From: an uncultured Acidobacteriota bacterium
Lineage (GTDB): Bacteria; Acidobacteriota; Terriglobia; Acidiferrales; UBA7541
DNA: 64,000 nucleotides
NCBI GenBank assembly: GCA_963810355.1
Contig: CAWENU010000032.1
Span: 15,641-79,640, forward strand
Direction of reading: 5' to 3'
The notes under the pieces are model-generated. The model had not been told where the DNA came from. It made no database searches and was given only the letters and a program-made list of their open reading frames with translations. Below are positions 9,404-18,967 of the stretch, in pieces. The position numbers and the translations under genes were made by a program. Position 1 is the stretch's first letter. The number at the start of each line of letters is the position of its first letter.

Positions 9404-10288
9404 CTAGCCGCCATAGGTGTAGAAGCCGCGGTTGGCTTTGCGGCCCAGGTAGCCGGCGGCTACGTACTTTTTGAGCAGGGGGCAGGCGCGGTACTTGGGG
9501 TCGCCGAGGCCTTCGTGGAGGACGTGCATGATGTCGACGCAGACGTCGAGGCCGATGAAGTCGGCTAGTTCGAGCGGGCCCATAGGGTGGTTCATGCCGA
9601 GCTTCATCACCGTGTCGACGGCTTCGGGGGTGGCAACGCCTTCCATCACGCAATAGGCAGCTTCATTGATCAGCGGCATGAGCACTCGGTTGGAGACGAA
9701 TCCTGGAGCGTCGTTGACCGCGACTGGTGTCTTGCCGAGTCTCTTCGCGAGGTCCATCGTCGCCGCGAATGTGGCATCGCTGGTTTGCAGTGCGCGGATC
9801 ACTTCCACCAGCGTCATCACCGGCACGGGATTCATGAAGTGCATGCCCACGAAACGGTCGGGGCGCTTGGTGAGCGCGGCGAGTGTGGTCATCGCGATCG
9901 ACGAGGTATTGCTGGCGATGATCACGCCGGGACGCAGCAAATGGTCGGCCTCGGTAAGGACGTGGCGCTTGATTTCGAGTTTTTCAGGCACCGCTTCCAC
10001 GAGGAAGTCCGCGTTGGCTACAGCCGAAATGTCGGTCACGGGCACAAGCCGGCCAAGCACGGTTTCCTTCTCCGCTTCCGCCAGCTTACCCTTCTTGATT
10101 TCGCGATCAAGATTCCTGGCAATCGTGTCCATGCCGCGATCAAGATAGCGCTGCTCCACATCGCGCAAAATCACCTTGTACCCAGCGCGTGCAAACACAT
10201 GCGCGATGCCGTTGCCCATGGTGCCAGCGCCAAGCACCGCGACGGTCTTGATGTGATCAGCCGACACGTAGGTTCCTCTGAGTTGCAT
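9404..10288 (-). CDS. hbd: 3-hydroxybutyryl-CoA dehydrogenase
   Basis: GAGTMGNGIA, EAVPE, SNTSS, GMHFMNP, PGFVSNR, HPMGP; the true start may be a GTG near 10267. Confidence 0.93.
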   Translation of the reverse strand: MQLRGTYVSADHIKTVAVLGAGTMGNGIAHVFARAGYKVILRDVEQRYLDRGMDTIARNLDREIKKGKLAEAEKETVLGRLVPVTDISAVANADFLVEAVPEKLEIKRHVLTEADHLLRPGVIIASNTSSIAMTTLAALTKRPDRFVGMHFMNPVPVMTLVEVIRALQTSDATFAATMDLAKRLGKTPVAVNDAPGFVSNRVLMPLINEAAYCVMEGVATPEAVDTVMKLGMNHPMGPLELADFIGLDVCVDIMHVLHEGLGDPKYRACPLLKKYVAAGYLGRKANRGFYTYGG

Positions 10289-10396
10289 GCGACGTTGCGT
10301 CGAACGGCGGGTCGCTGTCAGCGCAAAGGCGCCCGCCTCGGAAGGCGGCCGCTACAACGGCAGGCTGCGTTTGCGGCGTCGCGAAAATAGACGAGC

Positions 10397-10939
10397 TCAT
10401 TTTGGCGGGGCGGCTTCGGTGATTTCGCGGACGATTTCGCGGGCGCGGGATTCGTTGGCGGCGGAGACGTAGATGTGGGTCTGGCCCTCGGGGGTTTCCA
10501 GGTGTATGGGGATTTCGTTTTCTTGCAGGGCGGCGGTCAGAAATTCGGCGAGTTTGTCGTCGGCTCCCGTCCACACTTCAACGGTGGGATGGGTTTCGGT
10601 GGAATTCGTCAGCGGCAGTTCCTTCTCGGGGGCCAGGGGTTGCTCGGGAATCTCGAGGTCTTCGGGCTCCTGGGCCAGGAGCTTTTCCAGGATTTGCTGA
10701 GCGGCGGTGAGATCGTGGGAAGGCACGGCAATCTCGAAGCCGAAGCGGGGCTTCCAGTCGATGGGGAGGGGGTCGGCGTCCGGCTTGATCTCATCGCCGC
10801 CGATCGCCATGTTCTTGCAGGGGATGCCGGCAGCATTGAGAGCTTCCATCAGCGAGGCGTAGAGAGCGGGATCTTCACCGGCCCAGAGCAGGATTAGAGA
10901 AGAGAGGGGGCCAGGGCTTGACGACATGTGTTCCTCCAT
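10397..10939 (-). CDS. Tandem DUF2007-like (PII-like) domain protein
   Basis: Two repeats of W.G.D....L..AL....I; paralog of 13378-14007. Confidence 0.7.
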   Translation of the reverse strand: MEEHMSSSPGPLSSLILLWAGEDPALYASLMEALNAAGIPCKNMAIGGDEIKPDADPLPIDWKPRFGFEIAVPSHDLTAAQQILEKLLAQEPEDLEIPEQPLAPEKELPLTNSTETHPTVEVWTGADDKLAEFLTAALQENEIPIHLETPEGQTHIYVSAANESRAREIVREITEAAPPK

Positions 10940-11048
10940 TGCGAACGATCGAGCGGTGAGAGTCTACTACGTTGGATTTGAGGTGCCATGTATTTGACTG
11001 CGTGGCCCGCCGTCGAGCCATTGGGTTGCGAACGTGCGACTGGGTGGG

Positions 11049-11145
11049 ACCCCTCCCCCTGGTTTTTTGTAAGTATTCATTCTAAAGGCAGTTAAAGTCC
11101 CTTGTTTTGATAAACTTTTGCAAGTGTTCATTCCAGGGCACTTAC
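11049..11145. repeat. AT-rich ~97-bp dispersed repeat with tandem TAAGT..ATTCTAAAG..GTTA units
   Basis: Aligns along its length with 62128-62222. Confidence 0.85.
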
Positions 11146-11186
11146 GGACCGTGCCTGGAGCTACAATTTCCTCCCAAACTGGAAGT

Positions 11187-11215
11187 AGCCTACCGAAGCT
11201 TAATTGCTGCGTCAA
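11187..11215 (-). promoter_or_regulatory. Sigma70-like promoter associated with the repeat
   Basis: Minus TTGACG-N17-TAGGCT-ACTTCCAGTT; counterpart of 62308-62336. Confidence 0.65.
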
Positions 11216-11399
11216 GATGACCGTTGGTGTAATGGGTGGACAGGACCTGGTCCCGATCTGCGGGTTGCGTCTTTTTGCCTGAGTGGGGCGTATACCTACT
11301 AGAATGAGCGCTACCTATATATGGGCGAGTTCGGGACGGATGGGGTCGGCGGCGGGGCTGGCTGCTGGCTGGCCGGGATCTTACCTTTTTTCCACGTTG

Positions 11400-11963
11400 A
11401 TGGCTGACGACAAGAAGATCTTGGTGGAGGGGTTGCGGAAGCGCGATCCCGAGGTGCTCGATCGGCTGATCGAGGAGTATCAGTATCGATTGTTCCGGTA
11501 TTTGTTGTACATCACCGGGAACCATGAGCGCGCGGAGGATTTTTTTCAGGAAGTGTGGATTCGCGTATTGGAACGCGGGCATCAGTATGATGGCAAGTTC
11601 AAGTTTGAGGCTTGGCTGTTTACCATCGCGCGGAACCTGGTGATTGATTGGCAGCGGCAGAAGAAAGCGGTGAGCCTGGACTCCATGACCGATCCGGAAG
11701 AAGGCAAAGGCTTCGAGATCGTAGACGAGAAGGCGGAGTCGCCGCTGCACCTGTTTTTGCAGGCAGAATCGCAGGAGCGCGTGCAAGCTTCGCTGGAGCA
11801 ACTGCCGGCGGCTTACCGCGAAGTGCTGCTGCTGCGGTTTCAGGAAGAGATGCAATTGGACGAGATTGCGAAAATTCAGGCCACACCGATTTCGACGGTG
11901 AAGTCGCGGCTATATCGCGGGCTGGATGCGTTGAAGGGATTGCTGGCGGGAGGCGCGGCGTGA
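11400..11963 (+). CDS. ECF RNA polymerase sigma factor (SigW/RpoE-like)
   Basis: AEDFFQEVW, FEAWLFTIARN, LP..YREVLLLR, STVKSRLYRG; start uncertain (11304 or 11400). Confidence 0.93.
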   Translation: MADDKKILVEGLRKRDPEVLDRLIEEYQYRLFRYLLYITGNHERAEDFFQEVWIRVLERGHQYDGKFKFEAWLFTIARNLVIDWQRQKKAVSLDSMTDPEEGKGFEIVDEKAESPLHLFLQAESQERVQASLEQLPAAYREVLLLRFQEEMQLDEIAKIQATPISTVKSRLYRGLDALKGLLAGGAA

Positions 11964-12442
11964 GCAACGAACTACATGCACGCGCGGAAGGATTGATCGC
12001 GAAAGAGCGCGTGGAAGGGATTTCGGCTGCGGAGCAGGAGTGGCTGGGCCAGCATCTGCGGGAGTGTGCGCAGTGCGCGGAGAGCGCGAACGCGATGCAG
12101 CAGGCATTGCGTTCGTTGAGGGCAGTCAGCATTTCAATGCCACGGGAACTTGCGGCGCGGACGCAGTTTCGGTTGCGACTGCGCGCGCGGGAATTGCAAG
12201 CGCGCGAGCCGCGGTGGCGGCTGATCTGGGCCATGTGCGGGGCGTCGTGGGTGGCGGGTGCGGCGACGGCGCCATACGTGTGGCGCGGGCTGGAATGGAT
12301 CGGGCACCGCGCGGGGTTGCCGGACCTGGTGTGGAAGATGGGATTTGGAGTCTGGTGGGCGCTTCCGGCGATTGTGGCGGCCGCGATTTTGTTGGTGGAA
12401 GGCGGGGAGCGGAGAACGAGAGGCGTGGGCGGCACGGCGTGA
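11960..12442 (+). CDS. Zinc-binding anti-sigma factor (ZAS), membrane anchored
   Basis: GTGA overlap with the sigma stop; HLRECAQC HxxxCxxC motif; two hydrophobic helices. Confidence 0.85.
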   Translation: MSNELHARAEGLIAKERVEGISAAEQEWLGQHLRECAQCAESANAMQQALRSLRAVSISMPRELAARTQFRLRLRARELQAREPRWRLIWAMCGASWVAGAATAPYVWRGLEWIGHRAGLPDLVWKMGFGVWWALPAIVAAAILLVEGGERRTRGVGGTA

Positions 12443-12467
12443 TCGTCCCGCGGGTGCGATTACAAGT

Positions 12468-12600
12468 TTAGATGCCATCTCATAAATGGCCGAGACAGAA
12501 AGAGAAGAATTTCCTCAGGGGCTGAAGCCCGATTTCGCGTGTCTTTAATGTCGGAGCTAAAGCTCCGACCCCTGAGATGCATTTATGAGATGACTTCTAG
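12468..12600 (-). mobile_element. MITE-like element, second copy, inside the ECF cassette
   Basis: TIRs TAGATGCCATCTCATAAATG / CATTTATGAGATGACTTCTA (18 of 20 match) around the double-hairpin core. Confidence 0.8.
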
Positions 12601-12640
12601 AGAAGCAGAGCGAGCGGCAGAATGGGAGCGAGGAAAGAAG

Positions 12641-13282
12641 ATGGCGGAGTATCCACAAGGCGTCAATAGTTCCTGGAGCGAACGGAAGCGGCTGATCCGT
12701 TTCCGGCGGAAGAAGGAGCGGGGCCTGCGGTTCTGGCAGGAGTTTAAGCTCGTGCCGCGATGGTTGATTGGGACCGTGGTGGTGTTGTGGCTGATTGCTG
12801 TGGCGATCGCGGTAACCGTGAACTTGAACCCCGAGCTGCATGACGGTGCGATGTTCCCGCCGGAACTGCAGGGGCATCCGGTGGAGCAATCGTTCGCGCT
12901 GGCGGGGATCGTGACCGCCATGTCGCTGTTTCTCGCGATTTTTATTTTTTTGGTCGCGTATGTGAACCGCGACGCGAAACGCCGGGGGATGAGTTCTGGG
13001 TTATGGACGTTTCTGGTGATCGTACTTTGGCCGGCTTATTTTGCGATTGGCTTCATCATTTATTTCTTGATGCGCCAGCCTTTGCCGTATAACTGCCCGC
13101 AGTGCGCGGCGACCGTGGATGCGCGGTACAATTTTTGCCCGAATTGTAAGTGCAATTTGCATCCGTCTTGCCCGCAGTGCAAGCAGGAAGTGGTGGAGAC
13201 GGATAAATATTGCCCGTATTGCGCGTGTGAACTGCGAGGAACGACGCCTGTTGATCCTGGGGTGCCGGCGCTAGGGAACTAA
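12641..13282 (+). CDS. Membrane protein with C-terminal double zinc ribbon
   Basis: Three TM segments, DAKRRGM motif, CPQC..CPNC..CPQC..CPYC. Confidence 0.85.
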   Translation: MAEYPQGVNSSWSERKRLIRFRRKKERGLRFWQEFKLVPRWLIGTVVVLWLIAVAIAVTVNLNPELHDGAMFPPELQGHPVEQSFALAGIVTAMSLFLAIFIFLVAYVNRDAKRRGMSSGLWTFLVIVLWPAYFAIGFIIYFLMRQPLPYNCPQCAATVDARYNFCPNCKCNLHPSCPQCKQEVVETDKYCPYCACELRGTTPVDPGVPALGN

Positions 13283-13326
13283 GACCGGGTGTCCAATCAC
13301 GAAGGACGTCAGCTGAAATCGTAAAA

Positions 13327-13361
13327 CCCGCACCCTTAAAAACCAAGGGTGCGGCACCCGA
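13327..13361. repeat. Palindromic hairpin between convergent genes (REP-like or terminator)
   Basis: CCGCACCCTT-AAAAACC-AAGGGTGCGG-CACCC. Confidence 0.55.
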
Positions 13362-13377
13362 TGGGAGTCTCGCATGC

Positions 13378-14007
13378 CTACAATGGTGGGGTGGCTTCGC
13401 GGACTTCGCGGATGATTTCGCGGGCGGCGGGTTCGTCGGCCGGCATGATCAGGAGACGGAAGCGGCTGGACTTCGCGCCTTCGCGGCGGACTCCGATGCG
13501 GTTTTCGCGCAGGCAGGCTTCGAGTAGTTCGGCGAGGGCGCTGTCTTCGCCGGTCCAGATTTCGATGTTGGCTGCGGCGGGATTCCAATCGTGCTCCGGC
13601 GTGGAGACTGGCGATGCCCGCCTTCCGGTTTCATTCTCGAGATCGTCGGTTTGGTCGAGCGCGAACGGCGGGCTTTCGCGAATGTCCGAGAGCAGTTCTT
13701 TGGCCTTGGCGGCGTCGGAAGAGAAAACACGCACGGCGTATTTGGGGCGTGGCATTCCGAGCTCGAAGACCATGTGCTCATTGGTGGGCTGGACATGATG
13801 GCGAATGCCCGCATCGCGCAACGCGCTGATGACTTCGCTGACGGCGAGCGGGTCGCCGCCGCGCCAGATGACCACGATTTTTTCGTTGCGCTGTTGTTCA
13901 TCGAGCGGACGCCCGCGCAGCTCTTCGGGAACGAGATCCACACCGCAAACGCTGCACTGTTCGTGGCCGTGGCCGTACTCCGCGTCGCATAAAGGGCAAT
14001 ATTTCAT
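13378..14007 (-). CDS. Zn-ribbon plus tandem DUF2007-like domain protein
   Basis: MKYCPLC..CSVCGVDLV, then two DUF2007-like repeats; paralog of 10397-10939. Confidence 0.75.
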   Translation of the reverse strand: MKYCPLCDAEYGHGHEQCSVCGVDLVPEELRGRPLDEQQRNEKIVVIWRGGDPLAVSEVISALRDAGIRHHVQPTNEHMVFELGMPRPKYAVRVFSSDAAKAKELLSDIRESPPFALDQTDDLENETGRRASPVSTPEHDWNPAAANIEIWTGEDSALAELLEACLRENRIGVRREGAKSSRFRLLIMPADEPAAREIIREVREATPPL

Positions 14008-14061
14008 ATCAATATTTCGTATCAACATGTCAGATCAATGATTCCTGCCGCGCGCGCCCTA

Positions 14062-15246
14062 TCACATGCGCTCAACGGCGAGGGCTACGGCGTTGCCGCC
14101 GCCGAGGCAAAGGGCGGCGATGCCGCGCTTCAGGTTGCGGCGTTGCAATTCGTACAGCAGGGTGACCAGGATGCGGGCGCCGCTCGCGCCGATAGGGTGG
14201 CCGATGGCGACGGCGCCGCCGTTCACGTTGACCTTGTCGGGATTGAGTTTGAGCTGGCGGGTTACGGCGATGGCGGCGACCGCGAAGGCTTCGTTCAGCT
14301 CGATCAAGTCAACATCTTTGTCGCGGTCCCAGCCGGTTTTGGCGAGGAGTTTTTCTACGGCTTCGACGGGGGCCATCATGACCCATTTGGGTTCGATGCC
14401 GCTGACGGCTTGGGCGACGATGCGGGCGATGGGCTGCTTGCCGAGGCGTTGCGCGTTGCGCTCGCTGGTGACGATGAGGGCGGCTGCGCCGTCGTTGGTG
14501 CCGGGAGCGTTGCCTGCGGTGACCGTGCCGTCTTTTTTGAAGGCGGGCTTCAGTTTGGCCAACAGCTCCATCGAAGTGTCTTCGCGGGGAGATTCGTCGT
14601 ACCTGATGACGATGGGGTCGCCCTTTTTCTGGGGGACTTCGATGGGGAGGATTTGCGCTTCGAAGAAACAGGACTTGCGGGCGCGAATGGCTTTCTGGTG
14701 GCTTTCAATGGCGAAGCGGTCTTGCTCTTCGCGGGTGATGCCGTATTTTTCGGCTACCAGTTCGCCGGTCACGCCCATGTGAAAGTCTTCGTAGGAATCC
14801 CAGAGACCATCGTGAATCATGGAGTCGATCAGCTTCCCGTCACCGAGGCGATAGCCTGCGCGGGCTTGGGGCAACAGATATGGGGCGTTGGTCATGGATT
14901 CCATGCCGCCGGCTACAACGATTTCGGATTCGCCGAGTTGCACGGCTTGCGCGGCTAAGGCCACGGCTTTGAGGCCGGAGCCGCAAACTTTGTTGATCGT
15001 CATGGCGGCGACGCGGGGGTCGCAGCCTCCTTTGAGGGCCGCCTGGCGAGCGGGATTTTGCCCTAGCCCGGCTTGGATCACGTTGCCGAGGATGGCTTCG
15101 TCGATTTGCCGGGGGTCGAGAGCGGCGCGGCGGGCGGCTTCGGCTACTACTTTGGCGCCGAGTTCGGGGGCGGAAAAGCTTGAGAGCCCGCCTTGAAACT
15201 TGCCGACGGGGGTGCGAACGGCGGAGAGAATTACCGGTGTTTCCAT
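14062..15246 (-). CDS. Acetyl-CoA C-acetyltransferase (thiolase)
   Basis: [27 protein letters not shown]. Confidence 0.96.
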   Translation of the reverse strand: METPVILSAVRTPVGKFQGGLSSFSAPELGAKVVAEAARRAALDPRQIDEAILGNVIQAGLGQNPARQAALKGGCDPRVAAMTINKVCGSGLKAVALAAQAVQLGESEIVVAGGMESMTNAPYLLPQARAGYRLGDGKLIDSMIHDGLWDSYEDFHMGVTGELVAEKYGITREEQDRFAIESHQKAIRARKSCFFEAQILPIEVPQKKGDPIVIRYDESPREDTSMELLAKLKPAFKKDGTVTAGNAPGTNDGAAALIVTSERNAQRLGKQPIARIVAQAVSGIEPKWVMMAPVEAVEKLLAKTGWDRDKDVDLIELNEAFAVAAIAVTRQLKLNPDKVNVNGGAVAIGHPIGASGARILVTLLYELQRRNLKRGIAALCLGGGNAVALAVERM

Positions 15247-15401
15247 GGAAAGGCCTCCGGAAGTCTATTATACGGAAAGGCAGGAGATAACGCAGAGACG
15301 CAGAGAGGCCTGAGAAGCGCAGAGATGAAGGCACGGACGTAGCGTGCCTTCCGGGGCAATCTTCGGCATCACGTCACAAACGTTTACAAAGACGATCCGC
15401 T

Positions 15402-15923
15402 TTAGGCTGAGGCGGCGGTCTGTTGTTCGTCGGCGCTGGGGCCGTAGAGGCCGGGCACTGGGACGCCGAGCAGACGGTAGTAAACGGTGAGCTGCGCGCG
15501 ATGGTGGATCAGGTGATTCATCACCATGCTGCGAATACAAGCAACACGCGGCATGGTGAAAATCTCCTGGCCGCCGGCCTTGAGCGTCCAGCCCTTCATG
15601 AGATCCTCGTCACTGACGGACGCAAGCGCGGCCCGGGCTTCCGCGGACTCTTTGTCAAAGACCGCCAGAAGATCCTTTTGATTTTCGATCTTCGGGGGTG
15701 TATACGAGGGCCCGTCGACCGGCGCGTAGTCCAATTCCTCGGTGTTAATGGTCATCGTGATCCATCCAGGAATAGTGCCAATGTGGCAGGCAAGCCAGCC
15801 GACGGTGCCGGACTTGTCGTGGGGCTTCCAGTTCCACTTTTCATCGGGCACGCGCTCGAGAACTTTGCGGGTGCTCTGCATTTCTTGATCAAACTCAGGC
15901 AGCAATGATTGGCCGATGGTCAT
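15402..15923 (-). CDS. DinB family protein
   Basis: EFDQEMQSTRKVLERVP, WKPHDKS, LACH, NHLIHHRAQL; GAAGGAG RBS before ATG 15923. Confidence 0.88.
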   Translation of the reverse strand: MTIGQSLLPEFDQEMQSTRKVLERVPDEKWNWKPHDKSGTVGWLACHIGTIPGWITMTINTEELDYAPVDGPSYTPPKIENQKDLLAVFDKESAEARAALASVSDEDLMKGWTLKAGGQEIFTMPRVACIRSMVMNHLIHHRAQLTVYYRLLGVPVPGLYGPSADEQQTAASA

Positions 15924-15968
15924 CGTTTCTCTCCTTCGAGTGGGAAAGTATGGACTAACGCGGCGGGA

Positions 15969-15998
15969 ATCATAGGCGAATAAAAGGCGAAATGTCAA
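15969..15998 (-). promoter_or_regulatory. Sigma70 promoter with a putative LexA box in the spacer
   Basis: Minus TTGACA-TTTCGCCTTTTATTCGCC-TATGAT. Confidence 0.8.
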
Positions 15999-16112
15999 GT
16001 ACTTTTTCTCGCCGCCATCCCACGTACATCGACGGGCGCGAGGCCTGACGGTAAGCAGTTGTCCTACCGGACATCTTGCGAGACGAGGGCCGGCGGGAGC
16101 AAAATTTCCAGC

Positions 16113-16671
16113 ATGCCTCACCAATTTACGACGTCCTACTTGCAGGACTCCCTTAGTCTTTTCCGTTACTACAAAAAACTGGCCGAGCGCGCGATGGAGC
16201 AGTGCCCGGACGAGGGCTTGTTCGCGAAACTCGATCCGGAATCGAACTCTATTGCGATCATCGTGAAACACATGGTCGGGAATATGAGGTCACGCTGGCA
16301 GAAATTTTCTGACCACCGATGGGGAAAAACCCGATCGCAACCGCGACACCGAATTCGAAGATCCACCGACATCGCGGGCCGAGTTAATGGCCATGTGGGG
16401 AGCGGGATGGAAGTACGTCTTTGACGCGCTGGAGCCACTGACGGACGCGGACTTGGGACGCACGGTTACGATTCGCACCGAACCACACTCGGTGATGCAG
16501 GCAATCAACCGGCAACTCGGGCACTATCCGCATCACATCGGGCAAATCCTGTTTGCCGCCAAACACTTCACGACCGCGAAGAACGGAAAATGGGAATCGC
16601 TGAGCGTCCCGCGCGGGCAATCGGCGCAGTTCGCGGCCGACGTCGCGGCGGGGAAGAAATCGCAGCGCTGA
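16113..16671 (+). pseudogene. DUF1572/DinB-like protein with a +1 frameshift (error or pseudogene)
   Basis: SNSIAIIVKHM.GNMRSRW, then FLTTDGEKPDRNRDTEF...HYPHHIGQI in another frame; shift near 16300. Confidence 0.75.
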
Positions 16672-16738
16672 GGTGTGGCTCGACAACGAGCGAAGCCACC
16701 TCGGAAGTCCGATCCTTATTTAGGATTTAGGCGCCGGT

Positions 16739-18946
16739 CTAGTCTTTGGAGTTGCCGGGCTCCGGCGGCAAGCTCTTCTCCCGAATGATCGAGTCGTCCG
16801 GGGCTTGAGTCTGGGGCGCGGTTGGTTTCGGCGACGGGTCCCGCTCAAGCAATCGCAGATATTGCGGGCGTGAATGGAGATAGTGATCACGGGACACTTT
16901 GCCTGTGAGCCACGAAAGGTCCATGGGGTAAACCACGGGGTCGAAGATGACCAGGTAGAGGTGCCAAAGCAGGATGGAGAATGCAGCAAGCAGAGCTTCG
17001 TACCAATGCAAGGCCGTTGCGGCGTCGGCAACCCACTTCGGAAAATGGCGCAGCGTGAAATTATTGAACCAGAGCAGGAATCCGGAAATCGTCATGACGA
17101 TGGTGCCCCACAGGAAAGCCCAATATTCGAGTTTTTCGGCATAGCTGAATTTGCCGAACTGCGGCCGTTGATTTTTCAGGCCGAGATTGTAGAGAAACAC
17201 TCCACCGAGGTCGGAGACGTCTTTCCACCTGGGCAGCACCGCCCGGAGCAGCCCGCGATCGCGGCGGTTCACCGCCAGATGGACGAAGTGATACAGCATC
17301 GAGGCGATCAGCGCGATGGCCGCGAGACGATGCAGGCTTCCGCGAAACGAGACGTGCTCCTCCCATTGCAGCAATGGCCTGGCCCACCATTGTTCGGGAT
17401 ATTTCAGCGCGAATCCGGTGTAGACGAGCGTAGGAAAGCTGAGCATCACGCCCCAATGCGCGATGCGAAACCAAAGATTCATCCGCTCGACCTGTTTGCT
17501 CCGGTCGATTTGGGGTGTGCCGCGCCTCAAGTGACCGATCAAATCGAGCAAATTGTGGAGCAGCATGAAGCCGAGGGTCAGGGGAATTACGACCCAATAG
17601 ATCCAGCGAATCCACTTCACCACCGGGTGCGCGGGCCCGGTGGACGTCCGCACGTGCACCGGACCGATCGCGAGGACGGCATTCACGCCATCGTGGCATT
17701 TCCCGCAAGTCGAGGGGAGATTCGCGGCGTTCACGGTGGAACGCGGATCGCTGGAGCGGAAAATATTGTGCACGCCGTGGCAGGATGCGCAGTTCGCCGC
17801 GCGCAGCGATCCTTCGCGAATGGCCAGGCCGTGATAGCTGTCTGCGAAAGATGGCACGCGGTCTGCAGGCAAGTCCTGGCGTTGCGCAATCCGCGCATCG
17901 CCATGGCAGCGCCCGCAGGTTTCCGTGGAGACATTCGCGAGGCTCACCGGCGACGCGGGGTTCTTCGGCCGCAAAATCAAATGTTCGCCGTGGCAATCGG
18001 TGCAGACCGGAGCGTCGCGCACGCTGGCTTTCATGGCCTGGCCGTGCACACTTTCCAGGTAGGTCTTGGCGATTTCCTGATGACAAGTCCCGCAAGTTTC
18101 CGCGACGCGCCAGTGGTTCACTTTGGAGTTTGCGTCGCGCGAAGGAAGAATCCCGTGGGTCCCGTGACAATCGGAACAGCTGGCTGCATTCTTTCCCTGC
18201 GCGAGGGCCTGCCCGTGAACGCTGTTGATGTATTGCTCCACAGGATGGGCGATGGGCATCTTGTGTCGCGCAAGAAAATCGGCGTTTCCGTGGCATCGGG
18301 CGCAGGTTGCCGCGAGTTGCTGCTTCGCGACCGGCGCGCCTGCTTCCGCCGAACTGCGGAGGGCGTGCACCGGCCCGTGGCAGGATGAGCACGTTGGCGC
18401 GTCCGGATCGCCGGCTTTGGCGGCGCGGCCATGGGCACTTGCGGCAAATTCCGCGACTTCGGACGGATGGCAGCCGGCGCATTTTGCAGGCATCACTTTT
18501 TCGGCCGACGCTACTTCGTGCACGTTGCCGTGACACGAAGCGCAGGCTTGTTCGCGTGCAGCAGCGTGAATACTCTTGGGTACCGCGGCGGATTCCTCGG
18601 CGTGGCAGGTAGCGCACTGCACTTTCGCGATTTTGGCCGGGTGAGGAAAATCGGAGATCGAAGCGTGGCAATCCTTGCAGCCGAGAATCCCATGTGCGCT
18701 GGCCGCGTGTTCCGCCGGACGAATGGAAATATCCCTGCCCTTGTCCGACTTCATCCCAGGTTGCCCGTGACACGCAAGGCAGGCCTCATCCTGCTTTAAA
18801 GGCGCCGTGGAAGGCTGTTGGGCGGCGGCGGGCAGGGAGTACAAGCTCGAAGCTAACGACAGAAGTATCCAAGAAAACGATCGCACGGCGAAACGCGGCG
18901 GAAGGTTTGCGACCAGCGTTAACACGTTGAAGGCTCGCAGATGCAC
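16739..18946 (-). CDS. 13-heme cytochrome c fused to a cytochrome b (FdnI/HydC-like) membrane domain; CbcL-like
   Basis: 13 CxxCH counted; RIAHW, SLHRLAA, KFSYAEKLEYWA, ALHWYEA, LWHLY heme-b histidines. Confidence 0.9.
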   Translation of the reverse strand: MHLRAFNVLTLVANLPPRFAVRSFSWILLSLASSLYSLPAAAQQPSTAPLKQDEACLACHGQPGMKSDKGRDISIRPAEHAASAHGILGCKDCHASISDFPHPAKIAKVQCATCHAEESAAVPKSIHAAAREQACASCHGNVHEVASAEKVMPAKCAGCHPSEVAEFAASAHGRAAKAGDPDAPTCSSCHGPVHALRSSAEAGAPVAKQQLAATCARCHGNADFLARHKMPIAHPVEQYINSVHGQALAQGKNAASCSDCHGTHGILPSRDANSKVNHWRVAETCGTCHQEIAKTYLESVHGQAMKASVRDAPVCTDCHGEHLILRPKNPASPVSLANVSTETCGRCHGDARIAQRQDLPADRVPSFADSYHGLAIREGSLRAANCASCHGVHNIFRSSDPRSTVNAANLPSTCGKCHDGVNAVLAIGPVHVRTSTGPAHPVVKWIRWIYWVVIPLTLGFMLLHNLLDLIGHLRRGTPQIDRSKQVERMNLWFRIAHWGVMLSFPTLVYTGFALKYPEQWWARPLLQWEEHVSFRGSLHRLAAIALIASMLYHFVHLAVNRRDRGLLRAVLPRWKDVSDLGGVFLYNLGLKNQRPQFGKFSYAEKLEYWAFLWGTIVMTISGFLLWFNNFTLRHFPKWVADAATALHWYEALLAAFSILLWHLYLVIFDPVVYPMDLSWLTGKVSRDHYLHSRPQYLRLLERDPSPKPTAPQTQAPDDSIIREKSLPPEPGNSKD

Positions 18947-18967
18947 TGCGGCAAGGAAGTCACCGCT

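Noticed and set aside
11260-11300. Autoregulatory ECF promoter
   Set aside because: A CGTA -10-like element is present but there is no convincing AAC-type -35.
16874-18773. Long alternative ORFs (504 and 570 aa) overlapping the cytochrome gene, and similar shadows such as 56457-57965 and 32883-33953
   Set aside because: Antisense or off-frame shadows expected at high GC; Arg/Ala/Gly-rich with no motifs.
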